The notes: generated by a model from the letters alone, not told the origin. Positions 24,868 through 38,267 are shown, counted from the stretch's first letter. The stretch: DNA of 64,000 nucleotides from Eutreptiella sp. 'Long Island Sound 2002' (GCA_964036045.1 OZ038378.1:105152001-105216000); one strand, 5' to 3'. Numbers and translations: made by a program.

Positions 24868-26222
24868 AATTTGGGCGCTGCAGTGCCCAAATTCATCCAC
24901 TCGCCATTTTTTTACCGCTGTTGCGCCATTTCTTTTGTAGGCATTGTTGCCCTCATTTATTATTGCATTGGCTGCACTGGCGGCGCCTCCATTGCTTGTT
25001 GGCTGCACTGGTAGTGCATTGTTTCTCACTCTTCGCATACCATCACAGTGAATGGGTCAGTAGCAGCTGTAACAAAAAACAAACCAAGATTTTGCATGTG
25101 CTTGCCTGTCATCATCCTTGCTTCATGTTTTAGGTTGCATTTAGCAGCGTCGTTTGAAATGCACCAGCGGATGACATGGAACAATTGGATTTTTCTTCGG
25201 ATGGACACTGCAGTGCCCAAATTTCAAAGGAATACATGAATTTTGACTGGCACATGTGGTACCCCCTACACACAATCATTTTGGATAATTCAAAGGCTTT
25301 TAGGGGTGTTCCTTGCAGACCATGTGAGCCAAACACCTACGTTGCACACCCCTCTTGGGTTGGACACCTATAGCCCTCTTGGAACGTGGACCACACCTGT
25401 TGTGTAGAACAGACCATATATTAAAAAACTCTTGCTCGGCAACACGGAACCAAGTGTCCAGCAGACAATTAACGGTACGCTTGTCCCTTTGTTGGATGTA
25501 TTCGCCAACGGACCGCCTACTTCTCCACTCGAACCGGAGATCCAACACCCACGTACAAAACTCATCGGCACCCTTATCCCTACCCCTAGCCTCAGATAGA
25601 TCCTCCTTTGAAGCATATACCTTCGAAATGAGGAACTGCCGGAAGGGAGCCGCATCCATGGACAAAAGTGCTATTTGGTGGCAGCAAAGGTAAAGGGACA
25701 AAGAAAATAGAGGCACCATCACAAAACAAACCTGATGCGGCATAGTTCAAATTCAGCCAGCGAAGATCCAAACAATGTATCCCCCAATGGATGTGCAACA
25801 TTCCAAAGCCTGGGTACACTCCAAGGTGGCAGTCAGACAACCGGCAATATATTTCCAATGAGCAGCGGATGAGTACCAACGGCCGATGAGTCATACGTCC
25901 TTCGTCAGATGATACGGAATGGGAACCAACAGGAGTGAAATGCGGAGTTTGAAATTTTTCGGGCACTGTAGTGCCCAAAAGTAGTGGAAGTCCATTTTCA
26001 AGTGCATATTTGGACAGGAATGGAAGTGATTGGGCAAGGTACATTGTATGTGGCCTTCCGAGTATAACACCGCCGTGCGATGACCCATTCATGACCGGTA
26101 TGCCAAGTTTTGATGCCTGCTGCTGCAGTAGGACATTACCTGTGGAGATGACTACAGAGGTGTACTGGAGAACCCAGTGAAAAAAGTCATTTCAATTTTT
26201 TGGGCACTGCAAAGCCCAAAAA
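24868..26222. repeat. Four dispersed copies of the palindrome (T)TTGGGCACTG|CAGTGCCCAA(A)
   Basis: 24868-24893 (26 bp, 1 mismatch), ~25202-25223, ~25956-25980 and ~26197-26222. Confidence 0.75.
25300..26180 (-). pseudogene. Probable intron-containing degraded gene, unknown family
   Basis: Coding-like minus-strand blocks (WVLQYTSVVISTGNVLLQQQASKLGIPVMNGSSHGG..; GRMTHRPLVLIRCSLEIYCRL..; FLISKVYASKEDLSEARG..LLDTWFRVAEQEFFNIW) separated by AT-rich stretches. Confidence 0.3.
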
Positions 26223-26999
26223 TTTTAGATGATACCAATTTCAGCCTGGAATAGGAGGTGTATATGTGCACCTCTGGGAGCAACTAAAGGCGAGGTTGTT
26301 GTGTCCCACGCTGAAAGTACACGTGTAGTTGGCCCAAAAAATGGTATGCTTTTTTGGGTGCACAAAACGGATGTTAACATCGCCATGAATTGTGCTCTTT
26401 AGCAACGAAGTCTACGTGCGTAAAGGGCCGCCTAAGTTAGGCGCCCATGGACGCCTGAGGGCGACACCTTTGGCAACTAACTGTGGGCCGAAGGCCCCTA
26501 GGGGGGGGGGGGGGTGCAGGGGTAGTTGGCGTCCTAGGATCCGCGGAGTCGCCCCTTCCGTGACCAAGAGAGCAGTTCAACATAACACCGCTCCCCCCAG
26601 GATTCATGGTTGCACAGTCCGAAAGCTCGGCCACCAAATTCAAACACATTCATGCAATTCCCGTGAAATTCGCATGAATGAGCATGCACCGCCACATGCT
26701 AGCACAAAGGTGAACATGTCGTGGATACGAATTTCGCACCAAATTGGTGCAAACTTGGTTGAAACTTTGCAAAGTTCACAGATGCCACACAATCTCCACC
26801 TCACTTGTCGTGGCTACCTTTGGCCTAGCCGCCGTCCCCCCCGTGGCTGGCCATCCCTTGGCCACTCTGAGGGCTCACTAGCCCCTCGATAGCACCAAGA
26901 AAAGCGGTGCCTGGGGCATTTTCGAGTTCGAGGTCAATTGCTGCACTAGCAATACAAGCGGGGTGTAGTGTCCCAGCACTGCCGCCTGTGCGTCCATTG

Positions 27000-27558
27000 T
27001 GGGCTGCACTTGCGGCGGGACATCGTCAAAGGACACATTTTGCCCAAACTTTTGCAACAACAACTGAACGACCCCAAAGGCCACAAACCTCCGCTTGGCG
27101 CATCTATGCCTATGCACTTGCAGGCAGAAAAAGCATGCCCTCAGGCTTGGTGGAGGAGGTTGGCGGTTGGGGGGAGGAATAACGCGCTCTGCTTGCTTTT
27201 CCTGCTTTGCCTTCCGCCCTACACGGGCACAAGGCTACTCCTTCAAGGCATCCACCCGACCCTAGAGCAGGTCCGTGTCCCGTTCGGCAACCCTATGCGC
27301 CACCACGGCCACAATTGTCTCCCCCCTCGACACCTCAAGTTGCTTTCGCAGGCGCTCCAACTCCACCTGGGCATTGGTGTGCTCCTCGGACTGTTGCTCC
27401 TGTTTTTGCCGCACCCATTGGGTGATGTCACGATGCTTGCGGGGCTGCTGTCTGACGTCGGATGGGCGGTCATCTTTGGGGACTGTCCTTGGCCGGCGAG
27501 GAGTACGGAGTCGGCTTGGGCTATGCCTCTTGCCCGCTGCCCCGTATGACCTACTCAT
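27000..27558 (-). pseudogene. Coiled-coil, gag/ORF1-like remnant
   Basis: ORF 27262-27558 (QKQEQQSEEHTNAQVELERLRKQLEV) continues through stops; composition evidence only. Confidence 0.2.
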
Positions 27559-28641
27559 TTCGTCATCATCCCCATCCCCCCCCCCGGCCTACGTGATTCC
27601 CCTGCCTTGCATGGCGGCGCATGCATAGCCATGCATTGCCCGGTCAATTATCATTACGTGCCCCCCAATGCCTAATGGATTGGGGAGCAAAACACCAGCT
27701 TGATGGAGAATCTGCCTATCCCCCCCCCCGCCCCCCGGACGATGAATGGCTGCGTCCAACTTTCTAGTGGCCACCCGTGAGGCGGTAGCCAAAGCGGGCC
27801 ACTAAAGCCTTACCCTCCGCCGCCCACCCCAAGACAACACCCTCCTTCATGGTTACCGGGTGGGAGAAAATGATGTTGTGGGGGGCTTCGCCTTCTCGGA
27901 TGGGGTGGTGACACTCAAACTCCAGGCCGCAGCCAACAATTACTTCGATCCCTCCTCCCTTGGGGGCACAAGTGCCTTCCATGCATGTGGTGTGGCTTGG
28001 TGTGGGAAAACAGTCCTTTTGTCGAATGCTCGGTTGTTGTCGCCCGTGGCCCCAGTGCCATGATTGGGCATGGGGATGACATGGCTTGGGGATTAAACCC
28101 GTACCGGGGACCAGACTGGGCGCCGGGCTGGGGCCCGGACTGCAACACCGGTTGGGGCCCCAACTTGGACTTGATTGGGGTGCTAGAGATGTTGTCCCGC
28201 AGTGCATGGCCTGTGTTTGGGTGTACTTGGATGATGGGCTTGGACTGCTTCTGAGCTTTGAAGGAACCCGCGTGGGGGCTCAGGCGATTGAACTACTCCT
28301 GTGAGAGGTATGCAATAATCTTGTGAATTCGTGCATAATTAGTGCGAAATTCATGGTAGTGTACTAACAAGGCTAGATTCAAAATGTTCCATTGTCTACA
28401 GAGGGGACGTTTCTGTCCGGGAGCGCTCTGCGCGGCACAATAGGTGCCGCGCGTGTTGCTTCATTACACGCAGCCCGCGCAGCACGTGGACAAAGCAAAA
28501 AACACACGCATAACGCGCATAACCGCAAAACGCGCAGCACGGCGTTCGACACGCACACTTAGAAACAGACTTCCGGCACGCGCAAAACGCGTAGCACGCG
28601 GAGCACGTCACTATTGCACACGCGCGCACTTTTGGGGGGCG

Positions 28642-28724
28642 GCGTCCTCACAGTTTGGGTATCTAGCCTACGCGATTGTCCCCCAGGGTTCGCATTGGTC
28701 CCATGGGTAGGGATGGCAGAGGCT
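28642..28724 (-). other. Conserved 83-nt non-coding 3' element of element B
   Basis: Counterpart of 23096-23177. Confidence 0.75.
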
Positions 28725-28780
28725 TGGCGGCCATGAACCCCAAGATTCCACCACGTCCGCCCTCCACCACCTTCCCCTTC

Positions 28781-30114
28781 CTAATCTTCGTCACCCTCCA
28801 TGTCTTCGTCTTCTTCCCCGTCACTCTCCTCCTCCTCCTCACTCTCTTCCTCCTCATCCTCCTCCCCCTCCTCCTCACTCTCCTCCTCCGTGTCATCCTC
28901 ACTCTCCTCCCTCTCGCTTCCATCGTCCTCCGCCTCTTTGCTCTCCTCGTCCACATCCGCCTCTACCACCCCGGTCACCCCATGTGCCACGGCAAAGCAC
29001 CCCACATGGTACCAGGTGCCGCACCCACAACAAACGTAGTGGGTCTTGCCCCAGTTGCAATGGTTGCACACGCGGCGGCCCGGCATCCGCACCGGCATGT
29101 GGATGGGCTTGGCCACTGCCACTTTACAAAAGCGCCGCCGGATAAGGTCCCACTGCCAGTCAAACATGGTACCCGTTCGGCCCCAACCGAGGGACCGGCA
29201 AGTCGCGTATGCGTTGACCACGGCATACCGGAGGACAAACACACGCACCGCGTGTGACCAGGTCATCTGACGTCCCATGTGGCGCATCTGGAGGGCCATC
29301 TAGTTGACGGCATCCACCCCACGCGATAGCTGGCGGTAGCTGGCGACCACTGGGTTCACCTCATTCCCGCTGCGGCAATGCACGGGTCCGGCTTGTGGGA
29401 AGTGGACGTTAGTGAGCATTGGCACTACGCGGGGTGGCTTGTGAACCACCTTTGGGTTCTTGAAGACCACCATGGCGTACCTCGCGTCGTCCACATTGCA
29501 CGTGGCGGTTTGCCCCTCTGCTAGCAGTTGTCTTGCCCTGTCCACCCCGTACGTGGAGCGATTCGTCATCGTCAAGAAGGCGTGCCTCCTCGCAGCCCGA
29601 TCACGCGCTAGTTCGTGCAATCCAAAAAAGGAATCCGCATAGAGGATGGTCCCGGAAGGGAGGAGACCTGCCCACATGGTCATGATCCGTTGGGCATTGA
29701 AGTTGCTTGCACTGTTGCCAAACCGCTGCTGGTGCCCGCGTCTGCCCGTGTACAGGTACTTGTCCACCACGTACCCACTAGGGCATCGGCAAGGCAATAG
29801 AGCTTGATGCCGGTTGAGTGGGGCTTGCGGGCGATGAACATCAGTATTGGGCCGGCACGTATGCCTTTGTGCGGCACCACGGACTCATCGCCACATGCCG
29901 CGCCACCGAACCGCCATGCACCAGGCCACTGCCCGTTGCACTCTTCCGGTAGCTCAACAACGTCGGGCCGGATGGTACGGCGCAAGACGTAGTACTCCTT
30001 GCGGCTTAGGAATTGTGCCATGAAGGGGTTGTATAGTAACCCGTCCCGTTCCCAGATGCCATCTACTGCCATGGGTCGTACCATGCCTAGTAGGAGGATG
30101 AAGGCGTTGTACTT
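28781..30114 (-). pseudogene. piggyBac-family transposase pseudogene of element B
   Basis: GDESVVP, YADSFF and SRGVDAVN motifs, a CNHC..CCGC..YHVGC finger and an acidic tail. It has a frameshift near 29780, a premature TAG at 29300-29302, and the N-terminal ~60 codons are deleted relative to A. Confidence 0.9.
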
Positions 30115-30199
30115 ACGGAAATGGGAGCCACCGCTCGAACGGGGCGGATTGTAGAGGCACAACACAACCATATGGGTATGACGCGCAAACAACAGTGGC

Positions 30200-33130
30200 A
30201 CCACAACGCGCACCTGCTCACCTGCCGGACCACCATTGCCCCCTGCCGAGTTCTCCGCACCCGCTGCGGCGCCTTCTGCGGCGTCCTTGGGTCCTTGTTC
30301 GGCCTTCTCACCTTTGGTCTCTCGGGGAAGCTTGTGCACAACGCGAAAAACGTGACGTCTCTCTTCCAAAGGCAACGCGGAGGCACGACACGTAGGACCT
30401 GCAAGACGCGTAACACGAGCAACACAGAGCACATCGGCCTCTAGAGGTGAAGAAGAAGCACACGTGGAGAACACCCAGCACAACAACCTGCTGCTCCTCC
30501 ATGGCACCGGCGCTAGTTCCTTCCGTTCCGCGAGGGGGCTGATTGTCCCGCGTCTCGTCGGTCTCCTGCGGATCCTGTGGAAACGCAAGGGGGGCAACCG
30601 AGGTGCAAAACATTTGGCAAACGAGACCGGGGGTCCACATACATGTGACTCACGGCTCCGTACAAACCACGCATTGAAAGCCGCAACGGAGGACGTACGA
30701 TCGCGTTGGGTCCGCACCCGCCCACGCACCTTCTTGATCTGTGCCACATCGGTGAACGGGCCAAGCAGCTCCTTCGGTTGAAGCTCCGATGGCTCGGACG
30801 TTGCGAAGGGGGGCGCGCCATAGGGCGGAGGAGCTGGGGGGGGGGGGGGGGGGGGGCAGCGCGCCATGCGGCGGAGGCGGGGGGGGGGGGCGGCAGCGGC
30901 GGAGAGGGGTGCCACTGCGGGTCTTGATGGTAGGAGTGTTGGGGTTGACGGTGGGCATGAGGGGGCGGGTACTGTGGTGGCGGGGAGGGAAGGTGCGGGT
31001 ACCCGCTCATGTGAGGGGGCTCCCAATCCCAAGGGGCAGTGTGCACAACGCGTAGCACGGAAAGACCTCCTCGAGAAGCGTACATAGAATCATACGTGCA
31101 AGACGCATAAAACGCGCATCACGCGACGATGGACCTCCAGAGGCGGAGCGGAGGCAACGTCACGCACACCACCGACACCACAAAGCACGCAAATACCCGC
31201 GGATTTTCTTCCCCGTCAGCTCTCGGGTGCGCACCAACGACCATGCTCCGGACGCCGGCAGTTCGAGGTTCCGTTCCTCTTCCAATTCGTACGCCATCAG
31301 GCCGGCCATCCGGATGAACCGGACCACCCTCTCCTGCTGAACGCGGAACACCGGGATTGTCAGCGGCACGCTAGAAGCAAACGCGTGGAACGCGCGGAAC
31401 GCGCATAACGCGCGGCACGACGTTGCAGAAGCACAACAGAGGCCCTGTGCAACACCTGCAAAACATCCGTTTCCATGTCAACAATGTCTTCAATGCCCAT
31501 TGCGATGACCCGATCGGCCCCGCCACCTCCATGACCACTTCGCGGGCCTCCATCTTCAGCTTGGCCAGACTGATACCCTCTGATGGCGGGCTGAGGTCCA
31601 CCGGCCGTTGGGGTGCGGCGGCGCAACCCGTACAAACCAAAAGGCCCTTCAAAATCCCCTCCGCCACTTGCCGCAGGCTACTCGAGGGATACCGTTTTTC
31701 GAAATACTCGCGGGCTGCTGCCGCCGACTGGGCGTTCTTGGTCCTGCATCTCAGCACGCTTTGCACGCTCGGGGGCTCGACACTGGTGTGCAGCAGAACT
31801 GCCAAACCGATCTCTTGCATGGACTTGGGTTCCTCCGACCAGCAGTCCTTGTAGTGCACGACCAATCGGCCCAAACTCGCACTGAAGTCCTCCTCCAAGA
31901 TTTTCTGCATTGTGTCCACATCACGGTCGTACCCGCCCTCGAGCTGGAACTTCTCTCCTCTTGTCGGTGCGGCGCTGATACTCTTCTGCGGGCCCTTTCC
32001 GGCAATCGCAAAGGACACGTTACCACGGGACACCTTGGCTTTGGCCTGCTTTTTCTTGGGCATCTCCGCCTCAGACTTCTTTGGTGGCACCTTGGGCGGG
32101 CTCTGCTGCTCTGACTTCCGCTTCTTCTTCTCTGCCATTGTGTGTGGCTCCTGCTTGACTTCCAGCACGGTGGACCGTGCTGCCTTCGCGGAAGAAGAAG
32201 ACCCTTTCTCCGGCATAACGGGGTCCTGTGGGTTGTCCTCGTTGGCCCCTCCTCTTGTTTCGGCTTCTTCAGGGCGCGTCGGGCCTGCTTCTTGCCATGG
32301 GCTGTCTCGTCGTCCTCTTCCTCCTCAGTCTCTTCTTCCTCCTCCTCCTCTCCGTCGTCTGCTGATGCCTCCTCCCCCTCTTCCTCCTCACTCTTGTCCT
32401 CTTCGCTCTCCAACTAGGTCCACAAACGGTTCTGTTGGATCTGCAGAACACGCAGCACGTGTAGCACGATGGCGGCGCCCCTAGAGGAGGAATGAGAGGT
32501 ACATCACCGGAACGCACAGAACGCGCAACACGGGAACACACGTATGACACGGGGCAGACTCACTCACAGATGCAACACGCAGCCCGCGCAACACAACCTT
32601 TGTGTACTCGAACCATCCATCCGTCTTGGCGCGGCAATCTTGGACTTTCGCGGGAGCGCGCGGCTTTCCTTTCTTCGTCTTCATCTGCAGGCAGCAAAGT
32701 TAGGGAGGGGGTTAAGCAGCTTACTGATAATGGGCAGTGGGGACGGTGCGAACATACGAAACAACATGGCACGTGTCATGCATGGATGTTTGATATGCGG
32801 CCACGTTGGTGAGGAATATCTCATCCTCTCCGCAATCCCGGCTGCCGACCTTCTTGCGGTTCACCCAGGCTGCGTGCCAACGGGCTATGAAGAAATGTGT
32901 GGCACGGCCCTAGAAGCAGAAACAAAAAGGCGAAACGAACGGCATCGACGTGGGAGGCATCAAAAGGCACAACACCCGCACTCCACCCCGTTGAACAATC
33001 AACGACATGTCTGTTGTTTGATCTCGAACACGATGAACGCGATTTCCTTCAGCGTGGCCGCGTTCCCCCAACTGCCCAAGCGGCCCCCCTTGGCAAGCCA
33101 CTGCTTGTGGCTGATCGGCAAAAGGGGTAC
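30200..33130 (-). pseudogene. Multi-exon accessory gene of element B (paralogue of the A cargo gene)
   Basis: Exon peptides HKQWLAKGGRLGSW..AFIVFEIKQQT, RWHAAWVNRKK, KGKPRAPAKVQDCRAKTDGWFEYTK, NRLWT*, TRGEKFQ..RYPSSSLRQVAEG, IRMAGLMAY and a Pro-rich exon; intron positions match A. Confidence 0.75.
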
Positions 33131-36100
33131 GGGCAAAAAGAAAAGGCCGAGGTATAGGAGGACGCGTAGCTCGCGCAAAACGTGGGTTCCGGCCTCCAGA
33201 AGCATGGTGTTCGTTACGCGCGGCACGCGGAGCACGCCCTGCACGGATATGCAACACCTTTTATTGGGTCTTCAGAGGCACACCTAGAATCAAACGCTTA
33301 GAATGCGTAACACGCGTAACACGCGCGGCACATGAAGCACGAAAGCCATGGTAGAGGCAATGGCACGATACGCTCCTCACATGGAAAACGGTGGGAATGA
33401 ACAAAATGGATGCTTCCACGAGGTCCGGCACGTTCGAAAACCCCCCGGAACAACAAAACTTTATAGATTCATTTTTGACGGACAAAAAACGTTGATTCCG
33501 TTCTGCGCGTGGTGGACAAAGGAACATGGTGCATTGATGGAAATTCATGCTCATCTTGTGCAAAATTCGCGTGAAAATAGCAAGCACTGTGTGCACTTCA
33601 ACGTCTGCGAACAGGATTGTGTAGGGCATGTGATGGACCACAGCCCCGATTTCGCCTTCTTTGGGGGCCTTGAAGTAGGCGCAACGTTGTTGAGTTGGCA
33701 TGCCATTGTAGGGCAAGTTCGTGGGAGGACATAGCCAACGGCAAAGCGGACACTAGCATCTGCATCCATGGTGCCGGTTTTTTGAACCTCGAGCTGGTAG
33801 GGTCCCCACTTGCCCACACGTTCCCCAACTCGGAATTGGGCGACGTGTGGGCTACTATGGGAGAGGAACGCGGGGTGGAATACGCAGGTGGAAGCGACAC
33901 TTGGCTCCTCGGGGTTGAAAAATGGTATCGACCATATCCTTGTTAGCGACCCCAACTATTGCCTCAACCCCCTTGCCCAACCACATCACCTGTTGCAAGT
34001 TGGCACCAGCTGTTGATCTAGGGTAGCTGTGACTGCCTTTGCGGCCCCGCTCCCCCACACGGGTAGGGGGTCAAGATGAGTTGCATTCTTGTTTATGAGG
34101 AAGTGATGCTTGTCCGGTGACCACTATGTACATGTCACTGCTTGGTGTGGCAGACCATTTTTTTTGGGGGGGGGGAGATGCCATGTTGCCGAGATGTGGA
34201 CGCATCGACAAGGGAATCACCCTTGGACGGAGGCAACTCATGAAAATGTGTCTCGCTGACGTAACGCAGTAACGGTGAGTGGAGCCGTTGTGGAGTTCAA
34301 TGCGAAACTGCGGGCATAATACCGAAAAAATTGACAAATGGCATTTAGAAAATTGGCCATCACTGGGGGGGCAATAGATAAGGGTCACCGCAGTTGTCGG
34401 TGTGGTCATGCTGATCTGCGGTATCCGTGATATCAATGGCTGGGGCCGGGGTCATATGGTACCGATCTGCAACCCCACCAACATTCCCGGGCAGTCTGTC
34501 CAAAAATGTCTTAAAACTGCCGACGCACATGGCGGTGGAGGTGCGGACCTTCGATTCCCGGCGTTGGGGCAGCTCTGGAGATATCAGGCACTTATGGCTA
34601 GGCCGACGTGGGAAAGGGCTATAATGGCACGTTAATGCTTGGAAAAACATCCAGAAAGGGGCAACCCATCCACAAAAGCGTTTGCGAGAGGAGGGGCATC
34701 TTGTCCTCGTGTAGTGGGGGATCGGGTGTGGCATACACAGGGGGCAGTCAAGCAAGGGGCTCTTACGGAGGGGGGACGAAGGGGTTGGGGACTGTCAAAC
34801 CTTGATACGAGGCTTGGGAATTGGTGGTCTACAACGTGGGGGTGATGAGGTTAGAAAGGTGGTGTTCAGGGCCAAACCATGGGTGGGTGGGGGTGATGGC
34901 AAGATCCTCCCACCTGCTTGGCTGGAAGATATGCCATCGGAAGGGGAGGGAGGAAGGCTCTTCCTTTTCAAGAGTGTTAAAGTCCTCAAGGCCGACTATA
35001 TAATATCGTAGCACACGGGGATGGTAACAAGGTCGTCAACAGGGTACACCTTGCACAGTCCCTCCTTGTGCTTACCCTACCCTTGCCCTCCATAATCCCC
35101 AAAATAGGTTCCACAGTCTTCTCCCGTGGGATAAGGCTAAGTGCTAAAATGCCCATAATAGCCCCATGGAGCCCCAAATACACACGTGGGGCCCAACCCT
35201 AACGCAATAAACTTGACTGTGATGCGAAGGACCCATGTCAATGTGCACTACCGCAGGGTGATCTTGCTCTCCCGCCTATTTCACAATGGCCCCATGGGCT
35301 GCACTGTCGTCATAGGTTCATTGTCTGACACCGGGTGTCAACCCACATGGGCCAGGATCGAAAAGATCTTTGAGTAGGGGAAAGACAAGATCGCCAAGCA
35401 TTTGGACAAGATTTTTAACTTGGTTCACCTGCCGCCTAAGCAACTCAAAACATCGCAAGCCAATTTGACGCTGTCTCAGAGATGGGCAATTGTGCCCGTG
35501 CCTAAAATGCGTCACCCGAAAAACGGGACAAATGGGGTGGTCTGACTATCAGCGAGTATTTAGTGACCAATGAGTTGCGGCTTCCAATAGGAACCTTGCG
35601 TTGGGACGATTCACCCCGTGTGAATCGTCTTTTTGAATCTAGGTCGTCTTTGACCAATTTTCGACACATTCTTTGTGTTGTGCCCGCGTGCGATGCTCAC
35701 TTCTTCTCAAATTCAGGAAATTTAAGTCCTTCAAAAATGCACTTTGGTATTGTGTTCACTTTCACAAGGCGATCCGAAAAAAAACATTCACATCATCATT
35801 CGCACGTGCAATCAAAGTGCCCTCACATGATTTAGGCATACGGTTTTGGGAGTGGGTGTTGGCGGCGGGATGTGATATGGACCGTAGCTGAGACAAGCGT
35901 TGGGACAACAGCAAGTAAAGCTCAATCACGCATTGGTAACAATGTGCGAGTTCTGGGAAGCACATGTGACATGAATGAAAGATTCGTGCAATTCGTGAGC
36001 AATTCGTGCTACACTTGTGCGAAATTCACCTGCCGCCCCACACTCTCCTATGAGTTGGAGCCTGGTGACGTTCGACTCCAATGACCTCTCCCTTGGGGGC

Positions 36101-37617
36101 ATTGTGAAATGGGCGAGACAGAAGGGCTTGTGTTTTTGCAAGTGCGTATACGATGGTGGCTCTGTTGCTGTCTGCAAATCAAAACTTAAAAAAGGTGCAT
36201 ATGGCATCTCATTGTTTTCAGCGAGTGTGGGATAACAAGAGCAATGCGCCACGTGATTAAGGTTGCTTTAGTCCTTGTGCCCCGGGGCGCACAGCCACAA
36301 GCAAGCAAAATAGAGAGAAGAAGATAAAGCGCATCAACTTACACATTATGTTATTTGGCAAGACATAGAACCCACTTGTTCGACAACTAGGGTTTTACCA
36401 CGACAACACCAGCACGCCCCTAACAGTGACAGGGGCAGGTGCCGGAGGGCCAGGGAGGGGGGGGTTGGGGTCCGGGGATGGGAGGCTGGGGAAGTGGCGG
36501 AGTAGGTCCGCTAAGTGAGGTGGGCGGGAAGGACACGGGGGGGGGATGGGGGCTTGGGACCCGCTGGTTTAGGGACGTGGCCCAGCGGGCGGGGCAGCCG
36601 CACGGCGGGGGGCCAGAGATGGTAGTAGGGTGGTGGCGACGGCTCCTGGGGGCAGCACTCCCTCCGGTTGATCTCGATGACCCCCTGGGAGGGGCGGGGC
36701 AGGCCTTGGGCACAGGTGCGGCGGGAGCTGCTCGAGAGGGATGGGTTGTGATAGGGTGCAAAAGAAAAAAAAAGAAAAAGAGGACTGGCCGGGCAATGGG
36801 GCTTGGGTAAGGCACTCCGCAGCATAAGCGGCCAAGGCCGCACCCCCTTGTGGCACAAGCCCCGCTGAATCAAAACACAAGCACCCGGTCTTACCTCCAC
36901 AGGCTAACCTCATCGTGTTTTCAGGGTGTGAGTGGGGTCAAGCTCCTAGGTCGCCGTCACAACACGGTCACAAAAAAGGCGGAAGGACATAGTGAGCCAT
37001 GGGGGAAAGGGGGGTTGGGCCCTCGGCAATCTACCGGGGTGTGCACCCCACGGCACTGACCAATGGACGGTTGGGTGGTCCATGGCGGTCGTCACCCGCG
37101 ACGAGCGACGTTACCCCTGGCTGGGCTGACACGTACGTCCGCTCAACCGGTGAGCAGGCGCCAACCAAACTTAGATGGTACTGCGCATGGGGAAGGTTCC
37201 TCAACCGGGGAATCTGCAGACTCCCAGGGTGCCCCGGTATCCCACAGCTCCGCCAAACAAAAAAAAACCTTGATACCGATAATGTGCTTAGGTTAAAGTA
37301 TGGGTAGGTTACGAGACATCAATATACCGCCCTAACTAACCACCAGGACCCAGTCTGACAGTCACTGCTTGACCAGACACAAGGGGGGAGGCAACACGAC
37401 AAGCAGCCAATCACCAGCACAACGAAGGCGACACAGAGGGGAGAAAGGGCCACGGTACCGGTAAGGGCACGAACCGGAGGAGCGATACACGGTAGCCGAA
37501 CACCAGGAAGATTGCCAACCCACACACGGCACATAAGTACGGAGCAGACATACATCGGCGGCGTATGGGGTGGGACTAGATAGGCAGGAAGTGACAAAGA
37601 GGGACAAGGATCACCGT

Positions 37618-38052
37618 GCGGTGTTCTCCCCGACTAGGGGGGAACCTGGTGTGCGCTACTCAACAGCTCAAGCGCAACTACGGCCCAGAGGAACTCTGTC
37701 GGGAAGAATGGGAACGAAACGACGAGGAGATCGCCGCTCTGGACCTATAGGGCGCTGCCAGCCCAATGGAAGTAGAAGCAGAACTCCCCGACATGAATGC
37801 CGAGGAGATGGCTAAGGAAAGCTTCTACCTGGTGAAGTTGGTCATCGGACACCGCTATCGCCAAGGGTGGCGTTTCCTCACCCTCCGGGAAGGGTTGGGA
37901 GTTGAAGAACCTACCTGGGAACCCTTCTCTGCCTCTCGTCTCCTGAGGGACGCCTGAATTCTGTTCTGGTGGACTACTTGTCCCAGAACAACCTAGGGGA
38001 GTTGATGAGGCTCGCTGAAACGCTTGCCTCTCGGAAGAAGCCTAGGGACTGA
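37618..38052 (+). pseudogene. Ty3/gypsy integrase C-terminus with chromodomain (fragment C)
   Basis: ITVRCSPRLGG then FYLVKLVIGHRYRQGWRFLTLREGLGVEEPTWEP (chromodomain consensus Y.V..I..HR..FL..W.G...TWEP). Confidence 0.75.
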
Positions 38053-38267
38053 ACCCTTCCTATACCTGCCTATGTTGGTGTGAGTGTGCTGATCCTAGGG
38101 ACCTATGAGCAAGCTGCAGAGATGGTGTCCTAATTATACCCAAGTCTGCACCCTTGCTGAACCCGGCGGATGTCTTACCGGTGCCACGGCGTACGCCCCG
38201 GGTCTCTCCGCCCCTAGGTGCCCAATTTCTGTGCTGGCAATCCTTGGGGGAATACCCAGCGATAACG

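Larger units (their letters stand above)
28387..33524 (-). mobile_element. piggyBac-like DNA transposon, element B (5138 bp), sister family of A
   Basis: Imperfect TIRs TTCCATTGTCTACA (28387-) / TGGTGGACAAAGGAA (-33524), with flanks AATG (28383-28386) and CATG (33525-33528). The first ~100 nt of the 5' end and the 3' end align with those of A, and the gene order is the same. Confidence 0.88.

Noticed and set aside
27848-28304. DIRS/LTR reverse transcriptase from VYLDDGLG at ~28224
   Set aside because: Only one motif, with upstream RT motifs not convincingly recoverable.
29680-31032. 450-aa ORF as a single cargo-transposase fusion protein
   Set aside because: It reads through motif-rich intron sequence and a deletion junction, and element A keeps the two genes separate.
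33551-37310. Several ORF fragments and GC-rich blocks as named retroelement genes
   Set aside because: No diagnostic motif recognised; probably repeat debris.
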